Origin: an uncultured Patescibacteria group bacterium
GTDB taxonomy: Bacteria; Patescibacteriota; Microgenomatia; UBA10105; UBA927
Reading direction: 5' to 3'
Length of the DNA stretch: 64,000 nucleotides
Assembly (NCBI GenBank): GCA_937921305.1
Contig: CAKZSU010000006.1
Span: 70,646-134,645, forward strand
This document shows positions 20,486 through 30,753 of this stretch, one piece after another. Position 1 is the first letter of the stretch, and every line of letters starts with the position of its first letter. A program made the position numbers and the translations under genes. A model generated the notes under the pieces. That model worked only from the letters and a program-made list of their open reading frames with translations. It searched no databases and was not told the origin of the DNA.

Positions 20486-21232
20486 TTATTTTTCTAACAA
20501 CTCATCAATTGCCTTCTGAAGTTGTTCAAACGGAACAGCGCCGGGAATCAATCTTGTTTTCCTTGTTTTAACATTTAAAAGAATGTTTCCTGGTGTTCCA
20601 TTAACTCCAGCTTTTGTTCCTTCATCCATTTGATCTGTAACTTTCTTTGTCATTTCTCCTGAGTCAAGACATTTTTTAAATTCACTCTCATTCAAACCAA
20701 TCTCTTTCGCAATTGAGAATAAAGAGTCTTTCGGAATCCCATTATTTGTCACATTTTTATATATGGCGTCAATATATTTCCAAAATGCATCATTTCCACC
20801 CAATTTCCCAGCGCACTCTGATGCTTCTGCGGCTTTTTGCGCGTTTGGATGAAATGACAATGGGTAATGACGATAGATCCACATCACTTTGCCTTTATAT
20901 TCATCAACAACTCGTTGAGCTGTCGCATGAAACTGTTTACAGAAGGGACACTCTAGATCAGAGTATTCTATCAGCGCGATTTCCGCTTTTCGATCTCCGC
21001 GAACCCAATCTTTCTCTGTAACCGGAGGAACATTATCTGCAGTCAAAGGTTCCTGCGGTTGAGTGTCGACGAATTGATTTGATGGCTGTTGAGCTGTGTT
21101 TGTTTTAGAAGTCTCTAAATAATCAACTTTTGTTTTTAATGTTCCAAGGAAATAAGCTCCCACAATAAGGAGAGCGACAAGAAGCAATTGAAACGGGCCA
21201 AGTGTTACAGAGAATGATTTTGTTTTTTCCAT
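20486..21232 (-). CDS. DsbA-family thiol-disulfide oxidoreductase, membrane anchored
   Basis: 'YSDLECPFCKQFH', 'YRHYPL', 'GVNGTP'; likely start ATG 21232. Confidence 0.9.
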   Translation of the reverse strand: MEKTKSFSVTLGPFQLLLVALLIVGAYFLGTLKTKVDYLETSKTNTAQQPSNQFVDTQPQEPLTADNVPPVTEKDWVRGDRKAEIALIEYSDLECPFCKQFHATAQRVVDEYKGKVMWIYRHYPLSFHPNAQKAAEASECAGKLGGNDAFWKYIDAIYKNVTNNGIPKDSLFSIAKEIGLNESEFKKCLDSGEMTKKVTDQMDEGTKAGVNGTPGNILLNVKTRKTRLIPGAVPFEQLQKAIDELLEK

Positions 21233-21287
21233 AGTAAAGTATATAGTTTCATACATTCATTTTTTTTTCAAGAGGAAAATTGGTCTC

Positions 21288-21325
21288 TTGACAAGAAATT
21301 AGCACTCATTATATAAAAGTGCTAA
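21288..21325 (+). promoter_or_regulatory. Sigma70 promoter with a CIRCE operator (HrcA site) upstream of hsp20
   Basis: TTGACA at 21288-21293; TTAGCACTC-N9-AAGTGCTAA at 21299-21325, one mismatch to the CIRCE consensus. Confidence 0.85.
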
Positions 21326-21368
21326 GAAATAATTGCAAAAACTTTGAAGAAAGGAGGTGAAAAACACT

Positions 21369-21776
21369 ATGGCGCTTGACATTACTCCATTATCATTCTG
21401 GAGATTTCCAAGCATTCGCGGATTCTGGGATGATGAAGACGACTTGGCAATGACATCGACTATGCCAAGCGGCATATCCATCTCAGAAGACGACGCGCAT
21501 GTCTATGTTGAAGCAGCGCTACCGGGAGTTGATCCAAAGGATGTGGAGATCACCTTCGACAAAGGTGTGCTGTGGATCAAAGGCGAAACAAAAGAAGAGG
21601 AGAAAAAACGAAAATACTATAGAAAAGCGACAAGCTCTTTCTCATATCGCATTGCCGTTCCTGGCGATCTCGATCCGAAAGTGGACCCAGTTGCGGAAGC
21701 AAAACACGGCGTTATGAAAATTACCTTTAAGAAAACGCCAGAAGCGCAACCAAAGAAAATAACAGTCAAAGGATAA
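21369..21776 (+). CDS. Small heat shock protein, Hsp20/alpha-crystallin family
   Basis: 'VEAALPGVDPKDVEI', 'HGVMKITF', C-terminal 'KKITV'; strong SD AAGGAGGTGA before ATG 21369. Confidence 0.93.
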   Translation: MALDITPLSFWRFPSIRGFWDDEDDLAMTSTMPSGISISEDDAHVYVEAALPGVDPKDVEITFDKGVLWIKGETKEEEKKRKYYRKATSSFSYRIAVPGDLDPKVDPVAEAKHGVMKITFKKTPEAQPKKITVKG

Positions 21777-21794
21777 AATTTTACTAACAAATTC

Positions 21795-21825
21795 TCCCCG
21801 TCTTCAAAGGTAAGGCGGGGATTTT
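21795..21825 (+). terminator. Rho-independent terminator after hsp20
   Basis: TCCCCGTCTT-N7-AAGGCGGGGA stem followed by TTTT. Confidence 0.75.
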
Positions 21826-21839
21826 GGTATAATTTTCCC

Positions 21840-23420
21840 GTGAAACGAATCATTTATACCAGCGTTGCTTTAACAAAACAAATTCGAAAGGTAAAATATC
21901 GAAAACACATCAGAAGAACGAATACGATTCTTTTGATCTTTATTGTATTTATCTCGCTCTTTTCTTATCTCACAAACCCATTTACAAAATTTAACATCAT
22001 TAGAACGCCATTCATCCTGCAATATATATCAGATGCGCCAATGATTGATATTCATCATAAGAACCCCATATATCTTCATGACAATATCGTCTTTAATACT
22101 CTTGGATTATTAAAATCCACTTGGCATATCGCGGCGAATAACATGCTTGGTGGGGGACCAAAATCAAAACAAGACACTCTTGATGGAATCATCAAAGACA
22201 TTCACAGACTGCGATTCAATCCGCAGGAACCTTATCTTATATCAGGAGATCACTTTAGCGTCTTCTACCCGCGATCATTAGGAATTTTCTATCACACAAT
22301 ACTTGATTCAAGAACAGCTTTGTCAGAAGAAGACTGGAAAAATCGACAAAAAATTTATGCGCAATCTCTTCTTTACATGCTTGAAGTGTATAAACAATCA
22401 TCTCGTCTTTCTACAACTATTACGCCGATTGGTCCAAAATCTGTAACGCTTAACAACTTTTTTGATCCGCCATCAGATACGATGTATAGCATTCTTTATG
22501 CGTTGAAATCATTACAAACCGCTGAAGAACTTTTCAGGATCTATCATATTCCGGAATACAGGTCAAGATTTTCTCTTTCAACTGGAAAAATCTCAAAGAA
22601 CGCGCTTCGCTCCTACAATGATTCAATTAAACGTCATCTTCATCAATACATTACTGATGTTTTTGATAAAAATACAGGACTTGTCCGTACAGATAAAAGT
22701 TTCTCCGGAAAGAAAGATTCTGTCATTCGATACAGTTCATTTTATGACAATGTCATTTTATGGAAAACGCTTTTCCTTGCCCAAGAACTGGGAATTGACA
22801 CCGAACACGATATCCCTGTTGACGAATTAAAAAAAAGGATTCTCTCAACATTTTGGCTCTCAGACGAAGGGTATTTTCTTGAAGATTTATCAGAAGAGGG
22901 AATAAAAAATAAGCATTACTCATCAGATTGGCTTATCGCCTTCATGACTGGCTTTATTTCGCCAACAAACGATCATGAACGAGAATACTTCACAAAAAGT
23001 ATCGAGTTTATAAAACAAAAAGGATTAGATAAACCATTTGCCTTAAAGTATCAACCAGATGAACAGAAAAGCAAACTGCATTGGCCTCTCAAACTGTTTG
23101 CTCCAGCATATGGAACACAAGCCATATGGAGTCATTGGGGAATGGAGTATACAAAACTGCTTATTACGCTATATCAACAAACCTGTGACGCTTCATATCT
23201 TGAAGAAGCAGAACAACACATAGGAGCGTACAAACAAAATATTTTGTCATCAAAAGGATATCCTGAAGTATATTCATCTGATGGAAGAATGTTTAGCAAT
23301 TTATTTTATAAAAGCATACGAAAAACAGGATGGGTCGTCACCTTTGAACAAGCGAATCTGATGCTAGAAGAAACGAAAAAACATAAAGATATATTCTGCA
23401 AAAAAATAGAAACAATCTAA
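21840..23420 (+). CDS. Membrane-anchored hypothetical protein, possibly an (alpha/alpha)6 six-hairpin glycoside hydrolase
   Basis: N-terminal basic region plus TM; 'HFSVFYPRS', 'SSFYDNVILW', 'AIWSHWG', 'GYPEVY' resemble glucoamylase/amylo-alpha-1,6-glucosidase-type motifs. Confidence 0.5.
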   Translation: MKRIIYTSVALTKQIRKVKYRKHIRRTNTILLIFIVFISLFSYLTNPFTKFNIIRTPFILQYISDAPMIDIHHKNPIYLHDNIVFNTLGLLKSTWHIAANNMLGGGPKSKQDTLDGIIKDIHRLRFNPQEPYLISGDHFSVFYPRSLGIFYHTILDSRTALSEEDWKNRQKIYAQSLLYMLEVYKQSSRLSTTITPIGPKSVTLNNFFDPPSDTMYSILYALKSLQTAEELFRIYHIPEYRSRFSLSTGKISKNALRSYNDSIKRHLHQYITDVFDKNTGLVRTDKSFSGKKDSVIRYSSFYDNVILWKTLFLAQELGIDTEHDIPVDELKKRILSTFWLSDEGYFLEDLSEEGIKNKHYSSDWLIAFMTGFISPTNDHEREYFTKSIEFIKQKGLDKPFALKYQPDEQKSKLHWPLKLFAPAYGTQAIWSHWGMEYTKLLITLYQQTCDASYLEEAEQHIGAYKQNILSSKGYPEVYSSDGRMFSNLFYKSIRKTGWVVTFEQANLMLEETKKHKDIFCKKIETI

Positions 23421-23438
23421 TAAATGCCATTTTTCTAC

Positions 23439-23655
23439 TCATTTCTTAATAAGAGAATATCCCATATCTTGAATAATGGTAATGATCTTTTGAAGAGAAA
23501 TGAGATCGGTATCGTATTCCACTTCGCATATTTTTTTGCATAATTTGTAGTTGATTTGATCATCCCTTGAAGATCTTCTAAACGAAAATCAAAGCCATTG
23601 CGCAAGAAACACAGTGCATTCCTTTAAGAAACAATGTTTTTTTCACGACACTCAT
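23439..23655 (-). pseudogene. Frameshifted CopZ-like heavy-metal chaperone
   Basis: 'MSVVKKTLFLKGMHCVSCAMA' shifts frame into 'EDLQGMIKSTTNYAKKICEVEYD..IIQDMGY'. Confidence 0.7.
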
Positions 23656-24668
23656 ATGACTTCGATAATTCCTGAATACATTCCCATGGAACAGGAAAAT
23701 TGTATCATTCCTTTCTCTTTCGGTGTAAATCGTATCACTTGAGTATCTGTTGGTTGCAAATTTGTGCTTATTCCATATGATGGAATACGAAACGCAAGGG
23801 CGCAACTATAGGTATTTTGCTTTTCAAGCGCAATACAACTTCTTCACCTCTACGGACTCTAATATACGACGGAGAATATCCATATGCGTGAACAGTAATT
23901 TCATGATTTTGACAAATATCTACAGTAGATATGTTTTTACTAGGTCGAAGCTCTGAAAACACAATCGTAAGAGGAGATGCTTCAAGAAACGATCGAACGG
24001 TAATCGGAGATCCAAATGCAACAAGAGAACCGTTGATCGACCAAGCACCAAGAAAAATCACGAGAAGAGCGGCAATTTGAAGAAATCGCTCTCTAAACAA
24101 AGATCCGAATACAGAAATGATAGATCCGACACCTAAAAACAATGGCATCGTCCCAAGAGTAAACACTCCCAGAATCAACGCGCCCATCATGCCATTCCCG
24201 CTTGCCACCGCCAACGTTTCCATGGCAAGTGTCGTTCCGCACGGAATAAAGACGGTAAACACGCCTAGAATCGCAGGAGCAAATATGCTTTGAGATCTTG
24301 TTTGATTTTTTATTAATCTTGCCAAAAATCTCGGTGGTTGAATGATGAAATATCGAAGCAAAGGATGAACATCCAAAAGATGAAGCGCTGATAATCATGT
24401 ATATACCAGCAATAAGTTGTAGAACTGATTGCATAGTGTCAGAAAACGTTATAATTTTTCCAAACAATCCCAAAAGGAATCCTAAAGTGACATGCGCAAA
24501 AAACTTGCTTACAAGGAACGCAATTGTTCCAATAACTACATGCAATTGTTTTCTCTCTTCGCTTTTACTCTTTACGGCAAGAACAGAAGCAAGCAAACCT
24601 CCTTGAAGAGATAAACATGTTATTCCCCCAACAGTTAAACCAGTAAAAAATATTAGAGCGAGATCCAT
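23652..24668 (-). pseudogene. Frameshifted DsbD/TauE-like TM protein with a C-terminal cupredoxin-like domain (copper operon)
   Basis: Fragments 24093-24668 ('GGITCLSLQGGLL') and 23768-24376 ('FIPCGTT','FTLGTMP','GYSPSYIRV'); C-terminal 'SCSMGMYSGIIEV' in another frame. Confidence 0.7.
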
Positions 24669-24674
24669 ACAATA

Positions 24675-26924
24675 TTATGATAATCTTACTCTTTTTAATA
24701 AGATAGAATTTCCAACAACAGAAATAGACGATAATGCCATGGCAAAACCAGCAAACATCGGATTAAGAAAAATTCCAAGCAGGGAATATAACGCCCCAGC
24801 AGCAACTGGTATCCCTATTGTATTATAAATGAACGCCAAAAAAAGATTTTGTTTTATGGTCTTCATAGTAGCCTATTAAAGACGAAATGCCTGAAATACC
24901 TTTGCAATATCGCCTTTCATAATAGTAATATTAGCCGAATGAATAGCGATATCAGAACCATTCGCCATGGCAATCCCAACATCTGCATGAGCTAATGCCG
25001 GTGCGTCATTAATACCATCTCCAACCATCGCGACAACTTTTCCTTCAGCTTGCAGAGATAAAATAATATCTTTTTTCTCCTTTGGAAGAACATTCGCTTT
25101 CACCATCGAAATACCAATTTCTCTCCCGACAATCTCAGCTGATACAGAGTTGTCCCCAGTTACCAGCATTGGAGTAACGCCTTCAGCGAAAAAAGATGAA
25201 ATAATCGATCTCGCAGATTCTTTTATAGCATCGCTTATACCGATAATTCCGACAGATTCATTATTAATATCCAAAATAACAACAGTTCTTCCCATTCTTT
25301 CCCACTCTTGAATTATTTTTTGCTTTCGATCTTTCTGATGTGGTCTTCGAAGTTTTGCCAATTTACCATCCTCAAGATATCCCTCTATGCCAATCCCCTC
25401 TTTTTCTTGAATATCTTTTATTGCTTTAAGAGACATCGATTGCTCTTTTGCTTTTTCAACAATTGCTTTTCCTAATGGGTGATCTGAATACTGTTCAAGG
25501 CTTGCCGAGATAGTAAGAATGATTTGATCGTCAATGTCACGCGATAGCGCCCTATACTCTTTTACCTCTGGCTTTCCTTTTGTAATCGTTCCAGTTTTAT
25601 CCAATAAAAGCACATCGACATTTTGAAATTTTTCTAAGCTCTCCGCATTTCTAATTAGAATCCCGTGCTGCGCTCCTTTTCCAATACCAACAACAATAGC
25701 AATTGGCGTCGCAAGCCCCAACGCGCATGGACAAGCGATAACAAGCACCCCTACAAACGCAAGAATTGCATATGATACAGATCCGGCAAATAACCAAAAA
25801 TGCCAGCCGCGCAAGCAATAAAAAAAGCAAACGGAACAAACACCGATGATACACGATCAACAAATCGCTGAATATGAATTTTTGATCCTTGCGCTTGTCG
25901 AACCATTTGTATGATGTGAGACAACATCATATCTTGACCGACCTTTGTTGCTCGAATCAAAAAGCATCCTTGCTTATTTATGGTTCCACCGATTACTGAA
26001 TCTCCAACTCTTTTATCGACAGGAATATATTCTCCAGTAATCATTGATTCATCTATTGATGATGATCCTTCAACAATAACGCCATCAACAGGAACTCTCG
26101 CTCCCGGCTTCACTATAACAATATCATTCACATGAACATCAGAGATATCAACATGCTCTTCTTTATTGCCTCGTTTTACTATTGCTGATTTTGATTGAAG
26201 CGAAACAAGTTTTTTAATCGCTTCCGTTGTAATACGGCGAGAACGCATTTCGAGATACTTGCCTACTGTGACAAATCCAATAACAACAATAGGAACATCA
26301 AAGTATGTGTGGGAAGCATTGTGCATATTAAAAGATGATAGAGACGATAAAAACAGATAGACGCTATACCAGTATGCGGTTATTGTCCCCAACCCTATCA
26401 AGGTATCCATATTTGCCACTCTATACCGAAAAAATCTCAAAATCGCGTATATATAAGGCGCTCCAAAATATATAAGGAAATATGTTGCAAAAACAAATAA
26501 AAACACGTTTAAAAATAACAGTGGCAAAGGATTCATAGGAATAAAAGAGAACAGAGCGTGTAGCATGTCCCATATCATGAGAAAAAATACCACCAAAGCG
26601 ATAGGGAATGAGAACAATACATTTCTTTTCATCAAGATCATTTCTTTTTCTTAATTTTTTTCAATTGAAGAAATATCTGAAGCATCAAGAATAAGAGCGT
26701 ATCCTAATCTGCGTAGTTGTTTATTGATAGAATCAAGCGATGTTTTAAGAGCATCATATTCGATAGTCATTTGTTGAGTAGCAAAATTCACATCGCAATC
26801 AATGACACCATTCTCCTTCCTTGCTATTCGGGAAATAACAGACGCGCAACTCGCGCAATGCATTCCTCTTATTCCTACAGTTTCTTTTTTTTATATACCG
26901 TTGTTGAACAGAAAGAGAACTCAT
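24675..26924 (-). pseudogene. copA: Disrupted copper-translocating P1B-type ATPase
   Basis: HMA 'MHCASC', 'ESMITGE', 'CPC', 'DKTGT', 'GDGINDAP', 'YN..G.P', 'MALSS'; frameshift in the A8 run at 26885-26892, in-frame TAA at 26651, frameshift near 25810, tandem stops TAA TAG at 24873-24878. Confidence 0.85.
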
Positions 26925-27505
26925 CAGTTATTCCATAAAATCAACCATTCGCGCATTTGTTGTATTTCATCGTTTTGAACGGCAATGATATCCTCGGCGA
27001 GTTTTTTCATTTCTGGTCTTTTCGTCGATCGTTTGAGCATCTCTGCCATAACTACCGCCATTTGATGATGCGGAATCATCTGTTCGATAAACGCTCTATC
27101 AAAATCTTCAACGCCTTCTAACTTTGCTAGATCTCGTTCATCCCCCATCATCCCCATATGCAATATAGAATTCTGATTCACATCATTCCCATACATATTA
27201 TGAACAATATTCTTGCTATCGATATCCTTTTCAAACCAATTCTTATACCACGCCTTCATCTGTTCTATTTCTTTTGCTTGTGATTTGATAATGTTTTCCG
27301 CAAGTTGTCTTACTTCTGGCTCCTTCGCTCTGTTTTTTGCCAATTCAGACATGGTTATCGCATCTTGATGATGCGGAATCATGTGTTCGACAAAATATGC
27401 GTCAAGCTCATCAGAAGATTGTTGTTTGATTCCATTCATGCCAAAAAAACCTGCCAACACTCCAATAAGTATTCCTATAAACAGTGATAAAACAATATGT
27501 TTCAT
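26924..27505 (-). CDS. DUF305 (CopM-like) copper-binding protein
   Basis: Duplicated 'MIPHHQ.A..M' motifs; signal/TM N-terminus. Confidence 0.85.
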   Translation of the reverse strand: MKHIVLSLFIGILIGVLAGFFGMNGIKQQSSDELDAYFVEHMIPHHQDAITMSELAKNRAKEPEVRQLAENIIKSQAKEIEQMKAWYKNWFEKDIDSKNIVHNMYGNDVNQNSILHMGMMGDERDLAKLEGVEDFDRAFIEQMIPHHQMAVVMAEMLKRSTKRPEMKKLAEDIIAVQNDEIQQMREWLILWNN

Positions 27506-27519
27506 AACAAATTCCTCCT

Positions 27520-27792
27520 TTACTCATTCACGCGCTTAAAAAGACGAACTAATTCTTTTATAGCGTTTGATTTTTCTCTTTTAAATTGATCGGCGACATG
27601 CGTCTTGAGATGTCGCTCAAACAATAACGTGTCTAAACTTTTTAGAGAATTCTGAATCGCAAGACTTTGATTGAGAATATCTATGCAATATGAATCCTGT
27701 TCAATCATCCGCTGAAGTCCATCCAACTGCCCTTTAATAATCGCTATCCTCTTTTTTGCTTGTTCTTTCACTTTTTGATAGTGCAAATTCAT
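27520..27792 (-). CDS. csoR: CsoR/RcnR-family metal-sensing repressor
   Basis: 'RIAIIKGQLDGLQRMIE..YCIDIL.Q..AI...L..L....HLKTHV'; likely start ATG 27792. Confidence 0.85.
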   Translation of the reverse strand: MNLHYQKVKEQAKKRIAIIKGQLDGLQRMIEQDSYCIDILNQSLAIQNSLKSLDTLLFERHLKTHVADQFKREKSNAIKELVRLFKRVNE

Positions 27793-27800
27793 ATATTCAT

Positions 27801-27829
27801 ATGATATACCCATACTGGGTATAGGTCAA
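27801..27829 (-). promoter_or_regulatory. CsoR operator TATACCCA-TAC-TGGGTATA between -35 (TTGACC) and -10 (TATCAT)
   Basis: Perfect 8-bp IR at 27805-27823 with the C/G tracts typical of CsoR boxes; 17-bp promoter spacing. Confidence 0.8.
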
Positions 27830-27916
27830 TATTTAAAACAATGCTAAAATAATCGATAGAAAGCAAATAAATTATTCAATAAAAGATTGGAGATAAAAGA
27901 TCGAACTATTAATAGG

Positions 27917-30595
27917 TTATGGCATATCAGGGTAATGACACTTTTTCCATTTCTTTCCTGATCCGCACGGACAGGGATCGTTTCTCCCAATTTTTGTTTT
28001 CTTTTCATTGCTCGTCTCTGAAGAAATAGAGACAGAAGAAACATTTTTCTTCGCTCTTTTCGCTTGTTTAGTGATCGCTGTGTCCGCAGATGAATTGTTC
28101 ATCGAAACACTTTGACCCATCTGGACTTGAACTTTAAAAATTCTATGAATAATTTCTGAATCAATGTTTGAGATTAAACGTTCAAACAATCCATACGCTT
28201 CATTTTTATATTCAACCAATGGCTCCCGTTGCCCATATCCACGAAGCCCTATGCCTTCCCGAAGATCGTCAATCGCTTCCAAATGCTCCATCCAAAATGT
28301 GTCAATCGCGGAAAGCGTAATCCATCGCTCTATCTGCCTCATAATGTCTTCGCCGACTTTTTGTTCTCGCTGATTGTAGAGATCTTCCACAAGATGCGTG
28401 AGAAACTCTGCGTGATCGGTTCTTGACGAAAGTTCTGCTTTAAGATGTTCTTGCGATTGTGGATCAAATGGAACAATTGTCCCGAATTCTCGAATTAACT
28501 GATCGTAATTAATTCGACCATCGTCATCCACGCATATATGAACAAGCGCTTCGATTTCATTGCGCAACCTTCTCAAAATATCTTCTTTTTGACTCGCTCC
28601 TTCTAAAACCAATCGACGTTTTTTATAAATAATCTCCCGTTGTTTATTTAACACATCATCGTATTCCACAAGATGCTTGCGAGAGTCAAAATGAAACCCT
28701 TCCACCTTGATTTGCGCTTGTTGAATCGATCTACTGACCATTGCGTGCTCAAGCGGGACATCTTCCGGAACTTTGAAAATCGTCATCAACTTTGCGACTT
28801 GTTCTCCGCCAAAAAGTCTCATAATGTCGTCTTCCAACGATACATAAAATTTTGATGATCCCGGATCTCCCTGTCGACCAGATCGACCTCGCAATTGATT
28901 GTCTATTCTTCTGCTCTCATGACGTTCGCTTCCAATGACACGAAGTCCTCCAAGCGCGACAACTTCATCGTGAGCTTTTCGCCATACTTTTCTCTCCGCT
29001 TGATACTCTTTTTCCGACGTCACTTCCCATCGTTCTTTCTTGCTTCCTCCAAGAATAATATCCACGCCGCGACCGGCCATGTTGGTAGCGACCGTAATCG
29101 CTCCTTTCTTCCCAGCTTCGGCAATGATGATTGCTTCTTTCAAATGGTTTTTTGCGTTAAGCACTTGATGAGAAATACCTTTTCTCTTTAATAATTCGCT
29201 GATAATTTCGTTTTTTTCAATGGACGTCGTACCAACCAACACAGGTTGACCTCGTTTATGCGCTTCAATAACATCGTTAACAATCGCCGTAAACTTAGCG
29301 CGCATAGTTTTATATACACTATCAGTTTCATCTTTTCGTATCATCGGGCGATGCGTTGGAATTACAACGACATCCAATTTGTAAATTTTGTGAAATTCCT
29401 CTGCTTCTGTGACGGCCGTCCCTGTCATGCCTGCCAATTTTTCATATTTCCTAAAGTAATTCTGTAATGATACAGTCGCCAATGTCTTGCTTTCTTGTTG
29501 GATCGGTACCCCTTCTTTTGCTTCTATCGCCTGATGTATTCCCTCTGAGAATCTCCGGCCATGAAGGAGTCTTCCGGTAAACTCGTCAACAATAATCACT
29601 TGACCGTCTTTGACAATGTATTCTTTTTCTCTATGAAACAATGCTCTTGCTTTCAACGCGGCTTCGAGATGATGCACTGCTTCGAAGTCATTTTCGTAGA
29701 TATTTCCAATCCCAAGCAGCTTCTCAATTTTCAACAGACCATGATCGGTAAAATGAGCTGTTCGCAATTTTTCATCCACAACAAAATCAATCTTTGGCGT
29801 CAATTTTTCAACAATTTTTGCGTATTCATAATATTTATGCGTCGCTTCAGATGCTGGAGCGGAAATGATATGCGGCGTTCTCGCTTCGTCAATAAGCACG
29901 GAATCTACTTCATCAACAATCGCGAAATGATACTCTCGTTGGACGACTTGGCTAATGTCAGACACCATATTGTCACGAAGATAATCAAAGCCGAACTCGC
30001 TGTTGATTCCATAGGTAATATCCGCTTGATACGCTTCCTTTCTTGAAATAGGTCGAAGATGACGGAGTCGCCAGTCCACGGCAGTTGGATCTTCGTATGT
30101 TGGATCAACAAGAAATGATTGCTCACTTATGATTGCCGATGTGGTAAGTCCAAGGAAATGAAAAACATGTCCCATCCACCCCGCATCACGCCTCGCAAGA
30201 TAGTCGTTAACCGTCACAAGGTGGACACCTCTCCCTGTCAACGCGTTTAAATATAACGCTGGAATTGCGGACAGCGTCTTTCCTTCTCCTGTTTTCATCT
30301 CAGGAATCTTTCCCTCATGAAGAACAATCGCCGCCATAAGCTGAACATCATAATGACGCTCTCCAATCGTTCTTCTTGCCGCTTCTCGAACAAGCGCATA
30401 TGCTTCTGAAAGCAAGTCATTCAGCGAATGTCCGTTGTGAAATCGTTCTTTGAATTCCACTGTTTTCTTTGGAAAATCAGCATCCTTCAACGCGCGCATG
30501 TTTTCCTCGAAGGAAGAAATTTTTTCTACAATCTTCCGAAGCCGTTGAATCTCTCTTTCGTTAGAATCAAATAGTTTTGAAAGAATTGATAGCAT
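27917..30595 (-). CDS. secA: Preprotein translocase ATPase SecA
   Basis: 'EMKTGEGKT', 'VDEVDSVLIDEARTP', 'QLRGRSGRQGDPG', C-terminal SEC-C 'GRNDPCPCGSGKKWKKCH'. Confidence 0.98.
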   Translation of the reverse strand: MLSILSKLFDSNEREIQRLRKIVEKISSFEENMRALKDADFPKKTVEFKERFHNGHSLNDLLSEAYALVREAARRTIGERHYDVQLMAAIVLHEGKIPEMKTGEGKTLSAIPALYLNALTGRGVHLVTVNDYLARRDAGWMGHVFHFLGLTTSAIISEQSFLVDPTYEDPTAVDWRLRHLRPISRKEAYQADITYGINSEFGFDYLRDNMVSDISQVVQREYHFAIVDEVDSVLIDEARTPHIISAPASEATHKYYEYAKIVEKLTPKIDFVVDEKLRTAHFTDHGLLKIEKLLGIGNIYENDFEAVHHLEAALKARALFHREKEYIVKDGQVIIVDEFTGRLLHGRRFSEGIHQAIEAKEGVPIQQESKTLATVSLQNYFRKYEKLAGMTGTAVTEAEEFHKIYKLDVVVIPTHRPMIRKDETDSVYKTMRAKFTAIVNDVIEAHKRGQPVLVGTTSIEKNEIISELLKRKGISHQVLNAKNHLKEAIIIAEAGKKGAITVATNMAGRGVDIILGGSKKERWEVTSEKEYQAERKVWRKAHDEVVALGGLRVIGSERHESRRIDNQLRGRSGRQGDPGSSKFYVSLEDDIMRLFGGEQVAKLMTIFKVPEDVPLEHAMVSRSIQQAQIKVEGFHFDSRKHLVEYDDVLNKQREIIYKKRRLVLEGASQKEDILRRLRNEIEALVHICVDDDGRINYDQLIREFGTIVPFDPQSQEHLKAELSSRTDHAEFLTHLVEDLYNQREQKVGEDIMRQIERWITLSAIDTFWMEHLEAIDDLREGIGLRGYGQREPLVEYKNEAYGLFERLISNIDSEIIHRIFKVQVQMGQSVSMNNSSADTAITKQAKRAKKNVSSVSISSETSNEKKTKIGRNDPCPCGSGKKWKKCHYPDMP

Positions 30596-30624
30596 AGATC
30601 CTTATTGTACCATGTATCGGGAAT

Positions 30625-30649
30625 AAAAATCCCTCCAAGAAGGAGGGAT
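30625..30649 (-). terminator. Rho-independent terminator downstream of serS
   Basis: ATCCCTCC-N5-GGAGGGAT stem followed by a U-tract on the minus strand. Confidence 0.75.
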
Positions 30650-30753
30650 AATCGGGCAGACGAAGAATTATTCGTTTGTCCTGAGAATAATTACTTTGCT
30701 AATATTCAGCATGAAGGATAGACGATGAATTTGTCAAGAAGAAGAATTGATTG

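Noticed and set aside
23439-26924. Possibility of stop-codon reassignment or programmed frameshifting explaining the broken ORFs here and in mutS/mutL
   Set aside because: Lesions include TAA, TAG and indels at scattered sites and are confined to dispensable genes; RF2 is present and TGA terminates many intact genes
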